Shown here piece by piece: positions 14,401 to 25,515 of a stretch of DNA of 64,000 nt. Under the pieces are notes generated by a model, which saw only the letters and a list, made by a program, of their open reading frames with translations, did not search any database and was not told the origin of the DNA. Origin of the DNA: Balanoglossus misakiensis (lineage: Eukaryota; Animalia; Hemichordata); the NCBI GenBank assembly GCA_040954595.2, contig CM082591.2:2503258-2567257 (forward strand), written 5' to 3'. Made by a program: the position numbers and the translations under genes. Each line of letters opens with the position of its first letter. Position 1 is the stretch's first letter.

Positions 14401-16948
14401 CGGAAATTGCACGGGTCGTCCGATATTACATCATATCGGAAACAGGTTCTTTGTTGAACCCAACATGCGACCCACTTGATATTCGAGTTGTTAAAGAGAG
14501 TGAAGCAACACCATATATACGATGCAAGATTCTAATTGCCATGCCAACCTTCTCAATAAACAAGTAATTGACTAACCTCTAGAGGTTGTCCCTCTGTAAA
14601 GAGACGCATTTTCGGCTTCTTCTCCTCAAATGAAGGCTCCAGCTTCGCCGTTTTATTATTCGATTTCTGCAAGGACACAAACAACATTAAACTCGAATTA
14701 TTTATTATGAATCATCAGCGTCCCTGGTTGCAGCTGAACGCGCGCATGGTTGTTTGATTGTACATCATTTCTGGGGACGGTGAGCTTTTTGTGTGTGTTT
14801 TTATGTAGGTCTCAAGTGAGAACATTGATACAGGCGAAATAAGCTCATTGTCAATTACTACAGAACAACGCGCGTTTGTCTCCCTACCCCCCCCCCCCCC
14901 TGCAAAGAGAACGCGTCCATCTCATTCTAACAGATGGCACAAGTTTACACAGAGTTCAAATTAAACTGATAAACGAAAGCAAAAAAAGGAATTCTGGAAC
15001 GGAAATTAGACTGTGCGCAATTAAGTAAAAGTCGTGAACGAAAAAAAGGGTGATGCCTGGCTGTGTACGGTGACCGCCAGGCGCTGTTTATAATCAACAT
15101 GAGAATCGTATCTCAGGATCGACATATGTTCCAATATGATTGTGTAGTCACAGCAAGTTTAGACTGTATGTAGCTCACAGTGACAGACATTCATAGTGCA
15201 ATTTGAAAAAAAATATCTACGCGTGCAAAATTTAGTTGTGACCGACAGCCTCAAGTTTTAAGGAACGCATGCCAACTAAAAAAGTGGGCTGTTTCGAAAT
15301 TTCTGCCGTAAAATCATCGCCTATTGGTGCACGGTTGTCGTGTGTTGGTTCACAGCGTGTTCATGCAGGCTTGTTACACACTCGCTGAAGCATATTCGGC
15401 TCTGATACTCTCAACCCAGTATCAGATAAACGGTGTTTAAACACAGCCAGGCGAAGGGCGGCCCACAAAACTAACAAACCGTCGGTTCACGCAGCGAGCT
15501 CGTTTCCCGAACTGTCATCACTGACTGCTCGGAACTACTTGGCCCTAGCTGATTTATTGTAAGTTGACGAGGGATCTCCTCCACCCCCTCAATTAGAGCG
15601 GTAACTTTATGGAGCTAGCATTCACACGGAATTGTTAACTGGCCGTAATGATAGCCCGTGCCCCATCCATCTCCATTACACACATTTCCGACTCGCTGCG
15701 TTCTGACGTCACACCTCTCCGGCTACTTTCTGTCGTTTGGGCCAAAATTTTCACCATATCTTCACAATATTCTGGAGAATCTTGGACTGTAACATCGTAA
15801 TCGTTATGATCTTGCTGTAATACAGCATTCACTCACGCATGCGCGTCATAATCGAACAAAGTTTGTTGTGACAAATTGCCAATCGACTGGATAAAGTTAG
15901 TGTCATTTTATGCCAATATGCCCACAACAGAATTTATAATTTTCGATGATAAATTTCCCCTTTTCCGTCAAATTCTACCGAGTATTCGATAATCATACCT
16001 TTCTGTCGTCCGAATCGACGTATAAGTTATTTTACATAACGGTTGTGGTATTAATTTTTCGTATTTTGACAGAACCTTCTGAATATTCCACCGAGCGGTT
16101 CGTTTTGCGGTTTGCTATTGACTGGCCTTTTTACACTTATTTTGTGAACGAGCCAGAAATGTATTAGCATGGGCATGAATTGCCACAAAAGCGGACAAAA
16201 ACCTATCAACAAGACTCTTTGCACTGCCAAAGCAGATCTATTACAAGCCACAGTAGAAGTCGTCTCCCCTATTCACGGCTCATTCATTCTGGAATCCTGA
16301 CTCCCTCAAATCGGACAAACGTTTCCCCCTTTTGCGCCCAATTCCGGGCGGTGTTTCAGCGTATATGGTGTAACACAGGGGGGCCATTCAAAAAGCTCGA
16401 CAAACCGTTGAAAAACACGGCTTTAAAAACAGCGGCGAAAGGAGTGTCCAGATTTCTCGATGAAAAGGCATATGTACATTGATATGCAAACCGTCGCTTG
16501 TGGGACACTGTTGTGTTCGCGCCTTTTTCTACCCCCGTCTGTCGGCAACTTCAGAAACGAGGCAGCATAAAGGAGTGTTTATTGAATAAACCTAATTATC
16601 GGAATTTTAATGAGAACAGTGTAGTGACTGAAAAGCAGCGGGATCTCGGCCCCACTTTACCCCGGCTTCGCCACAAAGCCCAAGTTTCATTCACTCCGCT
16701 AGTGACCTTTCAACTTTCGCTCTAACTTCTCGGGAGGGGGTGGCTGGGAGCCGGTCTGATAATGAGTTTGTTGAACCGCTTATAGCGATTTGCTCAACGC
16801 CGAAATTATCCGAACCAGTTCCGATATAAGACTAAGAAATGCCACCTCTGACCGAAAGACTACTGTTACAGTACACATCGCGCGAGACAGACAGAAGCGC
16901 AAGACAAAGGATAACAAAACAAACAAATATGATTGCACAATTTATATA

Positions 16949-17118
16949 ACATACATACATACATACATACATACATACATACATACATACATACATACAT
17001 ACATACATACATACATACATACATACATACATACATACATACATACATACATACATACATACATACATACATACATACATACATACATACATACATACAT
17101 ACATACATACATACATAC
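16949..17118. repeat. (ACAT)n microsatellite, about 42 units
   Basis: Uninterrupted tetranucleotide array; explains the YIHT/MYVC ORFs. Confidence 0.99.
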
Positions 17119-17468
17119 ACGCGCAGTACAGCTATCAAAATCCTCAACGAATCGCAATACGAAGCAGATTTCGATGTACTACTTATGGTGACTGACCACA
17201 AAATGTGACGAAGTAATTGGAAATCCAAATACCAAATGGATAATTAAATAGGACTTATGTAATTGCGAAGGTGGTCGTACTATCTGCAAAATGTGTTCCT
17301 TTCCCAAAGGATGCTTAACCCGGATGAGTTGTACTAATTAATTAATTATTTTTCTTATCGATCTCGGTCAATTAAAAGACACCAATGTCTTCACTCACCC
17401 TTGGTGTCATTAATAGCACTTACAACTACAATGAGGTGTTCGATTGCGTTTGTCAATCATACTCATTG

Positions 17469-17511
17469 CTCTCTCTCTCTCTCTCTCTCCCACTCTCTCT
17501 CTCTCCCTCCC

Positions 17512-17546
<35 letters not shown>

Positions 17547-17562
17547 CCCTCTCTCCCCTCTT
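17469..17562. repeat. Imperfect (CT)n polypyrimidine tract
   Basis: Read directly. Confidence 0.95.
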
Positions 17563-20500
17563 TCCTAGCATGATTCCCACAACGAATCGAAACTTCAAGA
17601 CAATAAAAAAGATTAAACCGCTTTCGAATTTTTTGCTGTTGTTTGATTAAATCCCAGAGAAAAATCAACACGACGACAAAGGATATTGACATTTGCTATT
17701 GTTCGCGTCAGCAGAGCTCTTTATCTGAGTGCGTTGTTGAATGCTTCTATTTTGACGTAATGAAGTCATGAATCGTGTAAATTGGGGAAGTTTAATTCGA
17801 TCCAATGCTGGGTTATGAGAGCATGTCGGCGATATACGCGTCTCCCTGGTGCTGCGCGTCCAATGACGCCGTTCAAACTTGGGTATCTGGGTCACTTGGT
17901 GATGGTAGTGATAGCCACCGTGATTTTGTGATCCCTGGGCGGCGGTGGAGCCGGTCTCTGCCGCCGCCGGAAAACCCACGCCCCGTGTCCGTACATCGCA
18001 GCTTTTACATGCATTTGTGCGATTACGCCTACTGTCATCCCCAAGCTTCTGTGACAGCAGAGTGCTTCCAACAATACATCAGTCATCAACAAACACAGGC
18101 TTGTTTATATTTAATTACGCGGAAACAAGCGAAAAGAAACAAGTGCCCGAGCAAAGGCAACAAGCTTTATTGAAAATTGGCGACTCCGTGTGTTTGGAGT
18201 CTGGGACGCTGGCGACTTCTCGCTGTTTTCCTAAGGCCTACTTTTGAAAAGCCGATGTCTGTTGGCCGTAACACGATCTGCGAGTTTAGCAAACACCGCC
18301 AGGATGGTCTGTCCCAGCAATGCGCATTGTTTCCACGCATTGTATCTTATTTAAAAGACGACATTTTTTCTCCTATTGTTCGCCGCCGGATTTTCACATC
18401 TTCGGCGTTTGCTTCAGAAATTCTTCGCGTCTTATGCGCCTATCTGTCTCACTGCACTGACGAGCGTCTCCGGTTACCATCGTTACCATCCCACAATGAC
18501 AGGCATTTTCGCAAAATATTAAAGATATTTAGTACTCATAAACACAAGACTATCCGCATTTTTAAGATTGTGACGTGGCGTTTGATGATAGAGAAAAAGT
18601 GTTTCGAACGGACTTCTACGAGACTTGGACACACTATCTAACTAATTTAAATACCATCATCGGATTTCTCGAAGCCGTTTAGCCGAAGTGGGGAATTTGG
18701 CTATGTTTGACATCCTCAAGTAATCGGAAACTCTGTTTCGGTCTCAAGTTAAGTGTTGCCACCATTGAAATACAAGGCGGGGTCATCTGACCTTTTCGTG
18801 AACTTGAAGTCACATTTTGGAGCCTGCAGAAAAATAACTGCCATTCTGTAACTTGACCAGATATCGCGGGATTTGATGTATGACATTATAGGTTATTCGT
18901 CGCCGTTTGTCCGTATATCCAGTGCAGTTCTCGTAAAATTCAAAACGAAATAAATCAACGCGGGTCAATTAACCTCACACGGTAATGACTGCCCCATTTA
19001 TTTAGAACGAGGCCAGGCGTGGTCTGGTGTGCATTCAGAAAGCAATTATTTCACAACTAACGCAATTTAACACCGAATTTGTTGACCATTGCAACTTTCA
19101 ATACATCCGGTTTTGCGTACTCATTAGAGCCAATTTGTCTAAGCCATTTATCTCAAAGCGCTCTTGTTTTTGTTTTTCTCACAGACCCATGCTGTGACCC
19201 ATTTTCCTACACGCGCAGGATTTCGCGTTTTTTTTCTAAAGTTTACAACCAAGTAAAACGTCTACCCTCCTTTTCCTAAAGAAATGTTGACGACAACAAG
19301 TGTACACCTTTCGCGCCACAAAGAGAAGCTTAACTTAATTACAGGGAACGGTGTCTGATAATACTTACACACAAATTCTCAGTACCGCCAACCCCAGTCC
19401 ACACTGACGACTCGATGACGATCAACATGAAGACGATAATCTGTGAAGTAAAAGAAAAAAATACTAAACGTTAGGAAATATTGGTAGGCCTCGCTGACAC
19501 AGTGTTTTCTGTTTACTGTCTAAGTTGCATGATTGTTACCCAAAGTTGTTGAACATTTCCAATGTCCTAACATTCAGTGCAAATACATTCATTTTGGGGC
19601 AAACTAAAACCGACACTGTCAATAGTGTCGATGTAAAGTAAAGAGCAAAGCTCGGGAAAAAACTGGGCTTGTTACTTGGATTTATTAGAGAGAGAGGGAA
19701 CCCATCCTTCGTTATATAAGAATGTTTCGTTGCTTGTCAAAAAAGTCAGAAAGTTTGACACCGTTCGATGACGTCACCCACTTCCAGGGCACAGCGCAGA
19801 CACGGTGAAAGAAGTTTGTTTGAAACGGTTTGTGTAGTTAGAATACAGTGCCACTTACGGAGGCATCCACTCATGAACTGTTTGAGAACGCGTATTAGTT
19901 TGCCCCGAACAAACATTTCTCCGCTAATCGTTCTTTGGTTTGAACTGACCGGTCACCGTTATATTGAACGAGCAAACAAACGGGGGTACTCAATCCAAAA
20001 GCTGTATGTATACAATGTCGTCTTCTCTGTGCCCGTTGAAGACCGGGAAGGCTGACATCTTGCCGCCAAAAACGAATGGTTCAAAATTGGCGGTAAAAAT
20101 GTCAGACACATTTTTCACATTTTTCGATGTTTCACGTTCTTTTTGGGTAGGGGTGTTGAATTTTGGACTAAAATATTCAAATATGAAATTATTTTCCAAA
20201 ATTTATGCCGTCAGGTTTACTAGAAGACTGTACGGTAATGGCATGTTGTCGAGGCGACTGCCGCGTCGTTCTTCAAGTCCACTGCCCGACTGCAACATCT
20301 CCGGGAGCGTGAAAAAGGTGTTTATTTAACACCAACTTCTGCCACCTAATCACACAGTGTGTTAGATAGTTCGGAAAACTCGCTTAGCGCAGGTCATTTA
20401 ACCTTCTGCAAGCCAGTTTGCCTTCCGCATCGACAGCAGGGCGATTTAACACGTTGTTCTTACCAAACCCGCTGACAAATGCGATTTCCAAAGCAAGTCA

Positions 20501-22392
20501 CATTTTCCCCTTCGCTAGATCGCATGAAAATCACACCACGCTTTGTGATGTTTACGGTTGTCAAGTAAGAGGCCCTTTCCCTCTGCTGTAAATGTATTCT
20601 ATAGGATTTGCAGGTCGGCCCCTGTAGGAACAAGAAATTGCATTTTTGCTCCCATTCAAAGTATGAGCCTGGCCTAAGGCGAGCTATTCAACAATTCTGC
20701 CTTATCTGGTCAATCAGACTCCATTGGACTCATGACAGAGCATTAGCTAACTATTTCCTAAATTCAAAGGTTTCCTCTCTGGTTCTGGTCCTCTGTTCGA
20801 CGAAAAAAAGGAGGAAAGAAAAACATCCCTGGCGACAAATGGCTATCAGGGAAGCGCGCCATTCAAATCTGACGATGGCGACCGACGACCAGTCATAGAA
20901 ATAGACACCCCCACCCCCCTCTCTCTGTGAAATCTCGCGCGAAATTGTGATAGGCTGCCAGCTCGCGAGCTATGCGAGTCACATTTGTGGAAAGATTGAA
21001 TATGACTGAAACAGAGCCCGAAGACGTCAGAGTGTCTAACACGGCGTAATGACAACAATTGCCGAGCTGGAATGTGATAAAAAGTGGCAAAATTATTAAT
21101 ACAGTGTAACGTTTTCGAGTCTAAATCCGAGTCTGAATCTGAATATTCTCCTCGCTTACTCATTTAGTAGCCGACCGCCAGAAATCACAGCATAGCATTT
21201 ATTTTAATGAAACAGGCGATTTTTTAAAGTCAAACTTAGAGCGAGGGTGCACCGACATCTTAAATTCATTCCGTTTGAAAAAGACCCCACTACGCCACAA
21301 GTGTAAGAATATCCACCCCACTTAATTATTCCAGACGACGAAAATTGCCTGGGCGGGAACTCGAGCCCCGCGCCAGCGCGGTGATAGGTCCACCATGGCA
21401 GTGATAGATCGCCGCGTTGAACTATCAGCCCCAAGAGATCGCTACTAAAAATTGGACCAATATTTCTGACTGACTCGCCCCTAAGCGTCGTTCGATGCGC
21501 ATAATCAGAGGTAGGTATTCACCGAGACTATGTCATATATAAACAACCCCGTCGCCAAACTTACGGGATCCGGGCTGTAATTATATTAACGGGACGGAGC
21601 AGGTACGCGGCCACGCATACAGTAATCTGATCTTTGTGTTCAAAGTTTCGCGATAATTGTTCAGGTTTTGTTTTCTGGGGAGGGACAATCAGTCCTGTTT
21701 TTGAACGATAACGCGATAATTTGTTTTTTTTCGTGGGAAAGTACAGAGCACCCAGTTTGCGCATGTTTCCACTGTCCTCTACAATAGCAATGGCAAGAAT
21801 TGTCACGCCTTTCGCCACGTATTCTTTTCAGAACAGCGATCTTAATTTTGTCCGGTTGATGAACAATCGCACATTCATCTCACTGAGACGATGGCTTCGA
21901 CTTCTCTCAAGGAAGCAATGACATTTTCATCGGTCATTGGTTGGTCTTCGTTTTCTGTCCCGCCGATAACAATCGGTTAACTTGCGCGTGTAAGACCTAT
22001 AGAAAGTCTCGCAGACTTTCTTTGATGGTGGGCAATTTCGTCTTTGAATCGGATTAACCAACGAATTTAGTGCAACTTCAATCTCCACTGACTTCTCTCT
22101 GGTCATTTGCTTTAATCGGCAATTTTCACAGCAAATCAAAATGGCGTTAGGAAGCGGTTTAAAAAGGGTCTTCTCTTCTCTGGGCGCATTTAACGGGAAA
22201 TGTTTTTGGGCTGTCTGAGGGTGTAACCATGTGGAAATGTTTTAAGTCTTTTTCTTCTGCACAAGTGATATGGCACGTGTAGTGAGGTAATCAAAGAGAC
22301 TTGGAGCGCGAAACAATGGGAATCCATGAACGCCATACAAACGTTCCAAACTTTCCCATTCGGCTCGGTGTCGACATTTTACAGACGATCTA

Positions 22393-22430
22393 CCCCCCCC
22401 CCCCCCAAAAAAAAAAAAAAAAAAAAAAAA
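22393..22430. repeat. Abutting homopolymers C14-A24
   Basis: Read directly. Confidence 0.95.
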
Positions 22431-23690
22431 TCAGCGGTCACGGAAAGAAATTCCGGGACAGGCGCAGAAGAGACGCGCGCGCGTCTCTTTGTTCTTGACG
22501 CGTAAAGAGGCACGGTTGTCGCTTTCCCCCTCCACGACCAATCACAATCGGGCTTCTTTAACGAAATCAAGTCACCCTCCTCAGTTTATTAGGTACATAT
22601 TTGTTATTTCTCTTGTCTGGAGAGCCCCCGTGTAATCGGAGCCAATCCCGGCGATTGGCGGATACATGTTAGTTACGCATGGGCCACGCAATAAACGGGA
22701 TAATCCGCCATCAGTCTATATACATTGAACTACTAAGGGCTTAAATTATAAACCAACAGACCATTCACTTCACACTTAACAAGTACGTGTCAAAAACTAA
22801 ATAGTTTCGAAAATTAGCACTCTATCGACAATGTTTACTGCGCGAGCCTCTGACTGCCGAACCACGTTCACTGAAACGAGAGAAGTGGAAAAGTTGTATT
22901 GGTGGGAAATGGTGAAGGGATTCCACCACAAGGAAATACCAAGAAAGTTAATCTTGGATTTTTTTTCTTGAAATATACACACGATTTATGTACATTTGGA
23001 CGTGTCGCCATAAGTTTATACGTTGTAACGGGTAGTGTTTACATTGCATGGTAAAATCGGTAGACGGTTTAAGTAAATGTTGAAATACTAAAGTCAATAC
23101 TTTATACCGAGTTGAGTTTTTCTTTCCTTGTGGGACGTTTCGTCTCTGGATTCTTACGTGTGGCGAGTGTCGATTTGATTGCGTGTGGAGTCAATTGTTG
23201 ACAGCATCATGCATGGCACTTTCATTTTTCGCAGCCTTTCCTACTCGTATTGAAAACCAATAAGCGAAATTCTGTCTGTCCGGGCAGGGGTCCTTTGTTA
23301 GCAGATATTGGCCAACAAGGGTGGCGCTGAGTGTGAAAAACAATTGCAAAACAGCTTTTCTTTGAGACTTTGTCGTCGTCAATGCATGGCCACGGCGGGG
23401 GAAGAATAGGGGCTTATTAAGACTATGAGGCTCGGCGATCGATTCTAATGCATTCGGGGAGATCACAATGGACGGGAATTAAGAAGTGTTTTTGGCCGGC
23501 CATACAGCGGGGTACAGGCACTGCAGTCGAGGAAGTTCCTGAGGGGAGACGATTCTTTGGTCTCACTGAAAAAAAAAAGTTGGTTGTGGTGTCTCGGGGA
23601 TCGTCGGATTTAGCGGTGGGTGGATTTGCTGGTATTCCTCGCCCCATGCAGCGCGCATCGCATGTCGGAAATCTATGTTATCGTCCGCGC

Positions 23691-23724
23691 TATTTAAGGG
23701 GAGCAGATTAAGCCGGCAGTCAGT
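23691..23724 (+). promoter_or_regulatory. Core promoter: TATA-like TATTTAAG plus initiator TCAGT
   Basis: TATTTAAG at 23691; Inr A at 23722, 31 nt downstream (canonical spacing); followed by a consensus donor 71 nt later. Confidence 0.65.
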
Positions 23725-23792
23725 AGTGTGACACGAGTGTCTCGTTGATCAGCTGTTTAGGCGGAGATAGCGGGCAGATATACACGGCGACT
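23722..23792 (+). other. Pax6: Non-coding first exon (predicted)
   Basis: Begins at an Inr-like TCAGT, ends at ACT|gtgagt (23793), contains no ATG, and is 378 nt from the 24171 acceptor. Confidence 0.65.
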
Positions 23793-24170
23793 GTGAGTTT
23801 GGGTATTTTTTGTCTGTGTGTAGAAGCCACTGATTACAAAATTGTCACTTTGCCGGGACTTTCTGTTGATCCCCGGTAATGCAGCCTAGGGCTAGGCGGT
23901 GATTGGCTGCTGCCGAACGTCAGCACACCATTCGTCGTCGCCCACCACCACCTTCTTTGCAAAGGTACACGCTACCGGGGGGAGGCGTCATCACCATGAA
24001 GAGGGAGGGACTTCGTGTCAATGCTTTTACAGGTCACCTCACCGCTATCATGGAGTAACGTTGAAACGCAATGATTCAATCGGTGCTATAGTATCAGTCC
24101 CTGGCGTGGAGATCTCCTCTCTCCGTGTGAACTAACCCACCGACAAAATTCTACCCGTTTTCGTTTGCAG

Positions 24171-24355
24171 GCCGCACGACTGGACACGGAAGGTATTCGC
24201 TCCCAAGCACCGGTCAACCGAACTCGGCACACACCAAAACAAAAGCGGCATTTTCTGTTGTATTACTACGGGGAGTAAGCGATCACGCCTGTATCAACCC
24301 CACCAGAGTCTTTCAGTAAAGAGGGATAGTGGTCGAGGACATCCAGTCGAAGAGC
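24171..24355 (+). other. Pax6: 5' UTR part of the start-codon exon
   Basis: Branch point actaac (24131-24136), pyrimidine tract and acceptor cgttttcgtttgcag| ending at 24170. No ATG between 24171 and the start codon. Confidence 0.8.
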
Positions 24356-24368
24356 ATGCCCCATAAAG
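24356..24368 (+). CDS. Pax6: Pax6 start-codon segment MPHK-G
   Basis: agcATG CCC CAT AAA G|gtaagg: A at -3, strong donor, phase 1, joining the paired exon to give [14 protein letters not shown], an N-terminus type I recognise from invertebrate Pax6 proteins. Confidence 0.88.
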
Positions 24369-24612
24369 GTAAGGATATGACAACTGGTTTCTATATTCGA
24401 CAACTATTTTTGTTGCAATCGCCAGCCTGATACTGGCGGCCGCGGTCTGGGCGGGGAACGAACGGGGGGATTCGGTGCGCGCTGCACCCGGGTGATCGGT
24501 TCGCTCTGCCGCCAGGATGTGTGCAAGAACTCTCGCTCGGACCCGCAAGCTACGTTCCTTGTCGACGAACTCTCTCTCTCTCTCTCCCTCCGTGACCCTA
24601 TGTGTATCTCAG

Positions 24613-24621
24613 AATTCCCTC
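24613..24621 (+). CDS. Pax6: Candidate 9-nt cassette microexon (MPHK-EFP-RHSG...)
   Basis: (TC)n tract 24570-24590, gtgac, then tatctcag|AATTCCCTC|gtaagt; frame-preserving, phase 1/1, no stop. Confidence 0.5.
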
Positions 24622-25484
24622 GTAAGTTTCAGCAAGGGGGACAGGACAGGCTCCATTTTGGTTAATCTCGAGGATATGAACTATGTTGTACTGCAGGAGT
24701 CCTGACTTGTGTTTGGCTACTGCATATATACTGGTCGGGGTTGGTGGAGACATGACGAACACGTTGGTACTGGAATAAGCGCGTATACGGCAAGGGCCAT
24801 CCTCTCATTCCTACACTCGCCCAAGGCCAGCTAAACCATCGATTTCGAAAGAATTTCACCCGTTTCTTATTCGGAGATGCCGGGCACGTGGATGATTGTG
24901 TATTTAGCGTAGGTCGTAGATGGAAAAGACGGCGTTTTCGGCGAGGATTACCCGCAATTGTAGGTCCGGGTCAGGCCGTGACCCCTTCCCTTACATAGCC
25001 ACACACAGCAATCGCCTTTTTGCGTTCCGCTTTCTGTATCAGATGTTCGCTTCTGTCGAGAATCGGTGCGAGTTCAAGTGACAATTATCATGAATTCGCG
25101 AGGGATATCGAGACTGTACACTATAGGTACACGGATTTTTGGGGTCACCTTTGGTAAAGCGAATGAACACACCACTGGATAGGGTCCACGTGCTTCAGAG
25201 CACAAACAGAATCGCCCCGACTCGTTTGTTATGATGAGCGACAAACGCACACAAATCTCCGTGCCATTTCACAATCCAAATGCGACCGAACCATTCTGTC
25301 TACACAGTTTCGATCAATCTCTCTCTATCTATCTCAATGTCTCTCCCCCAATCTCGCCCCTGTCTTCCTTGACAAAAAACCACCACCACAAACCTTTCAT
25401 CACGGTGACATAAGAAATGTACCTGTTTTCAACTTTCAGACTGCTGTACACTCTGAAGGTAGGGAACGAAGTAGCCGAGGAACG

Positions 25485-25515
25485 ATGGATTTTTCTCACG
25501 AGTCACCTAGCAATG
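25485..25515 (+). CDS. Pax6: Weak candidate alternative N-terminus MDFSHESPSN-G using a GC donor (exon 25440-25515)
   Basis: Acceptor ctgttttcaactttcag| ending at 25439; acgATG at 25485; ATG|gcaagt non-canonical donor in phase 1. Confidence 0.25.

Noticed and set aside
16790-17692. Repetitive ORFs (YIHT, MYVC, SLSL, RERE)
   Set aside because: Translations of microsatellites.
19596-19906. 12-bp inverted repeat GGGGCAAACTAA as MITE ends
   Set aside because: Short, no target-site duplication, and GGGGCAA is frequent throughout the window.
2023-21160. Antisense/divergent lncRNA suggested by minus-strand donors (about 2028, 6516, 17398, 21158)
   Set aside because: GTRAGT-like words are expected about a dozen times per strand in 24 kb, and no matching acceptor chain was found.
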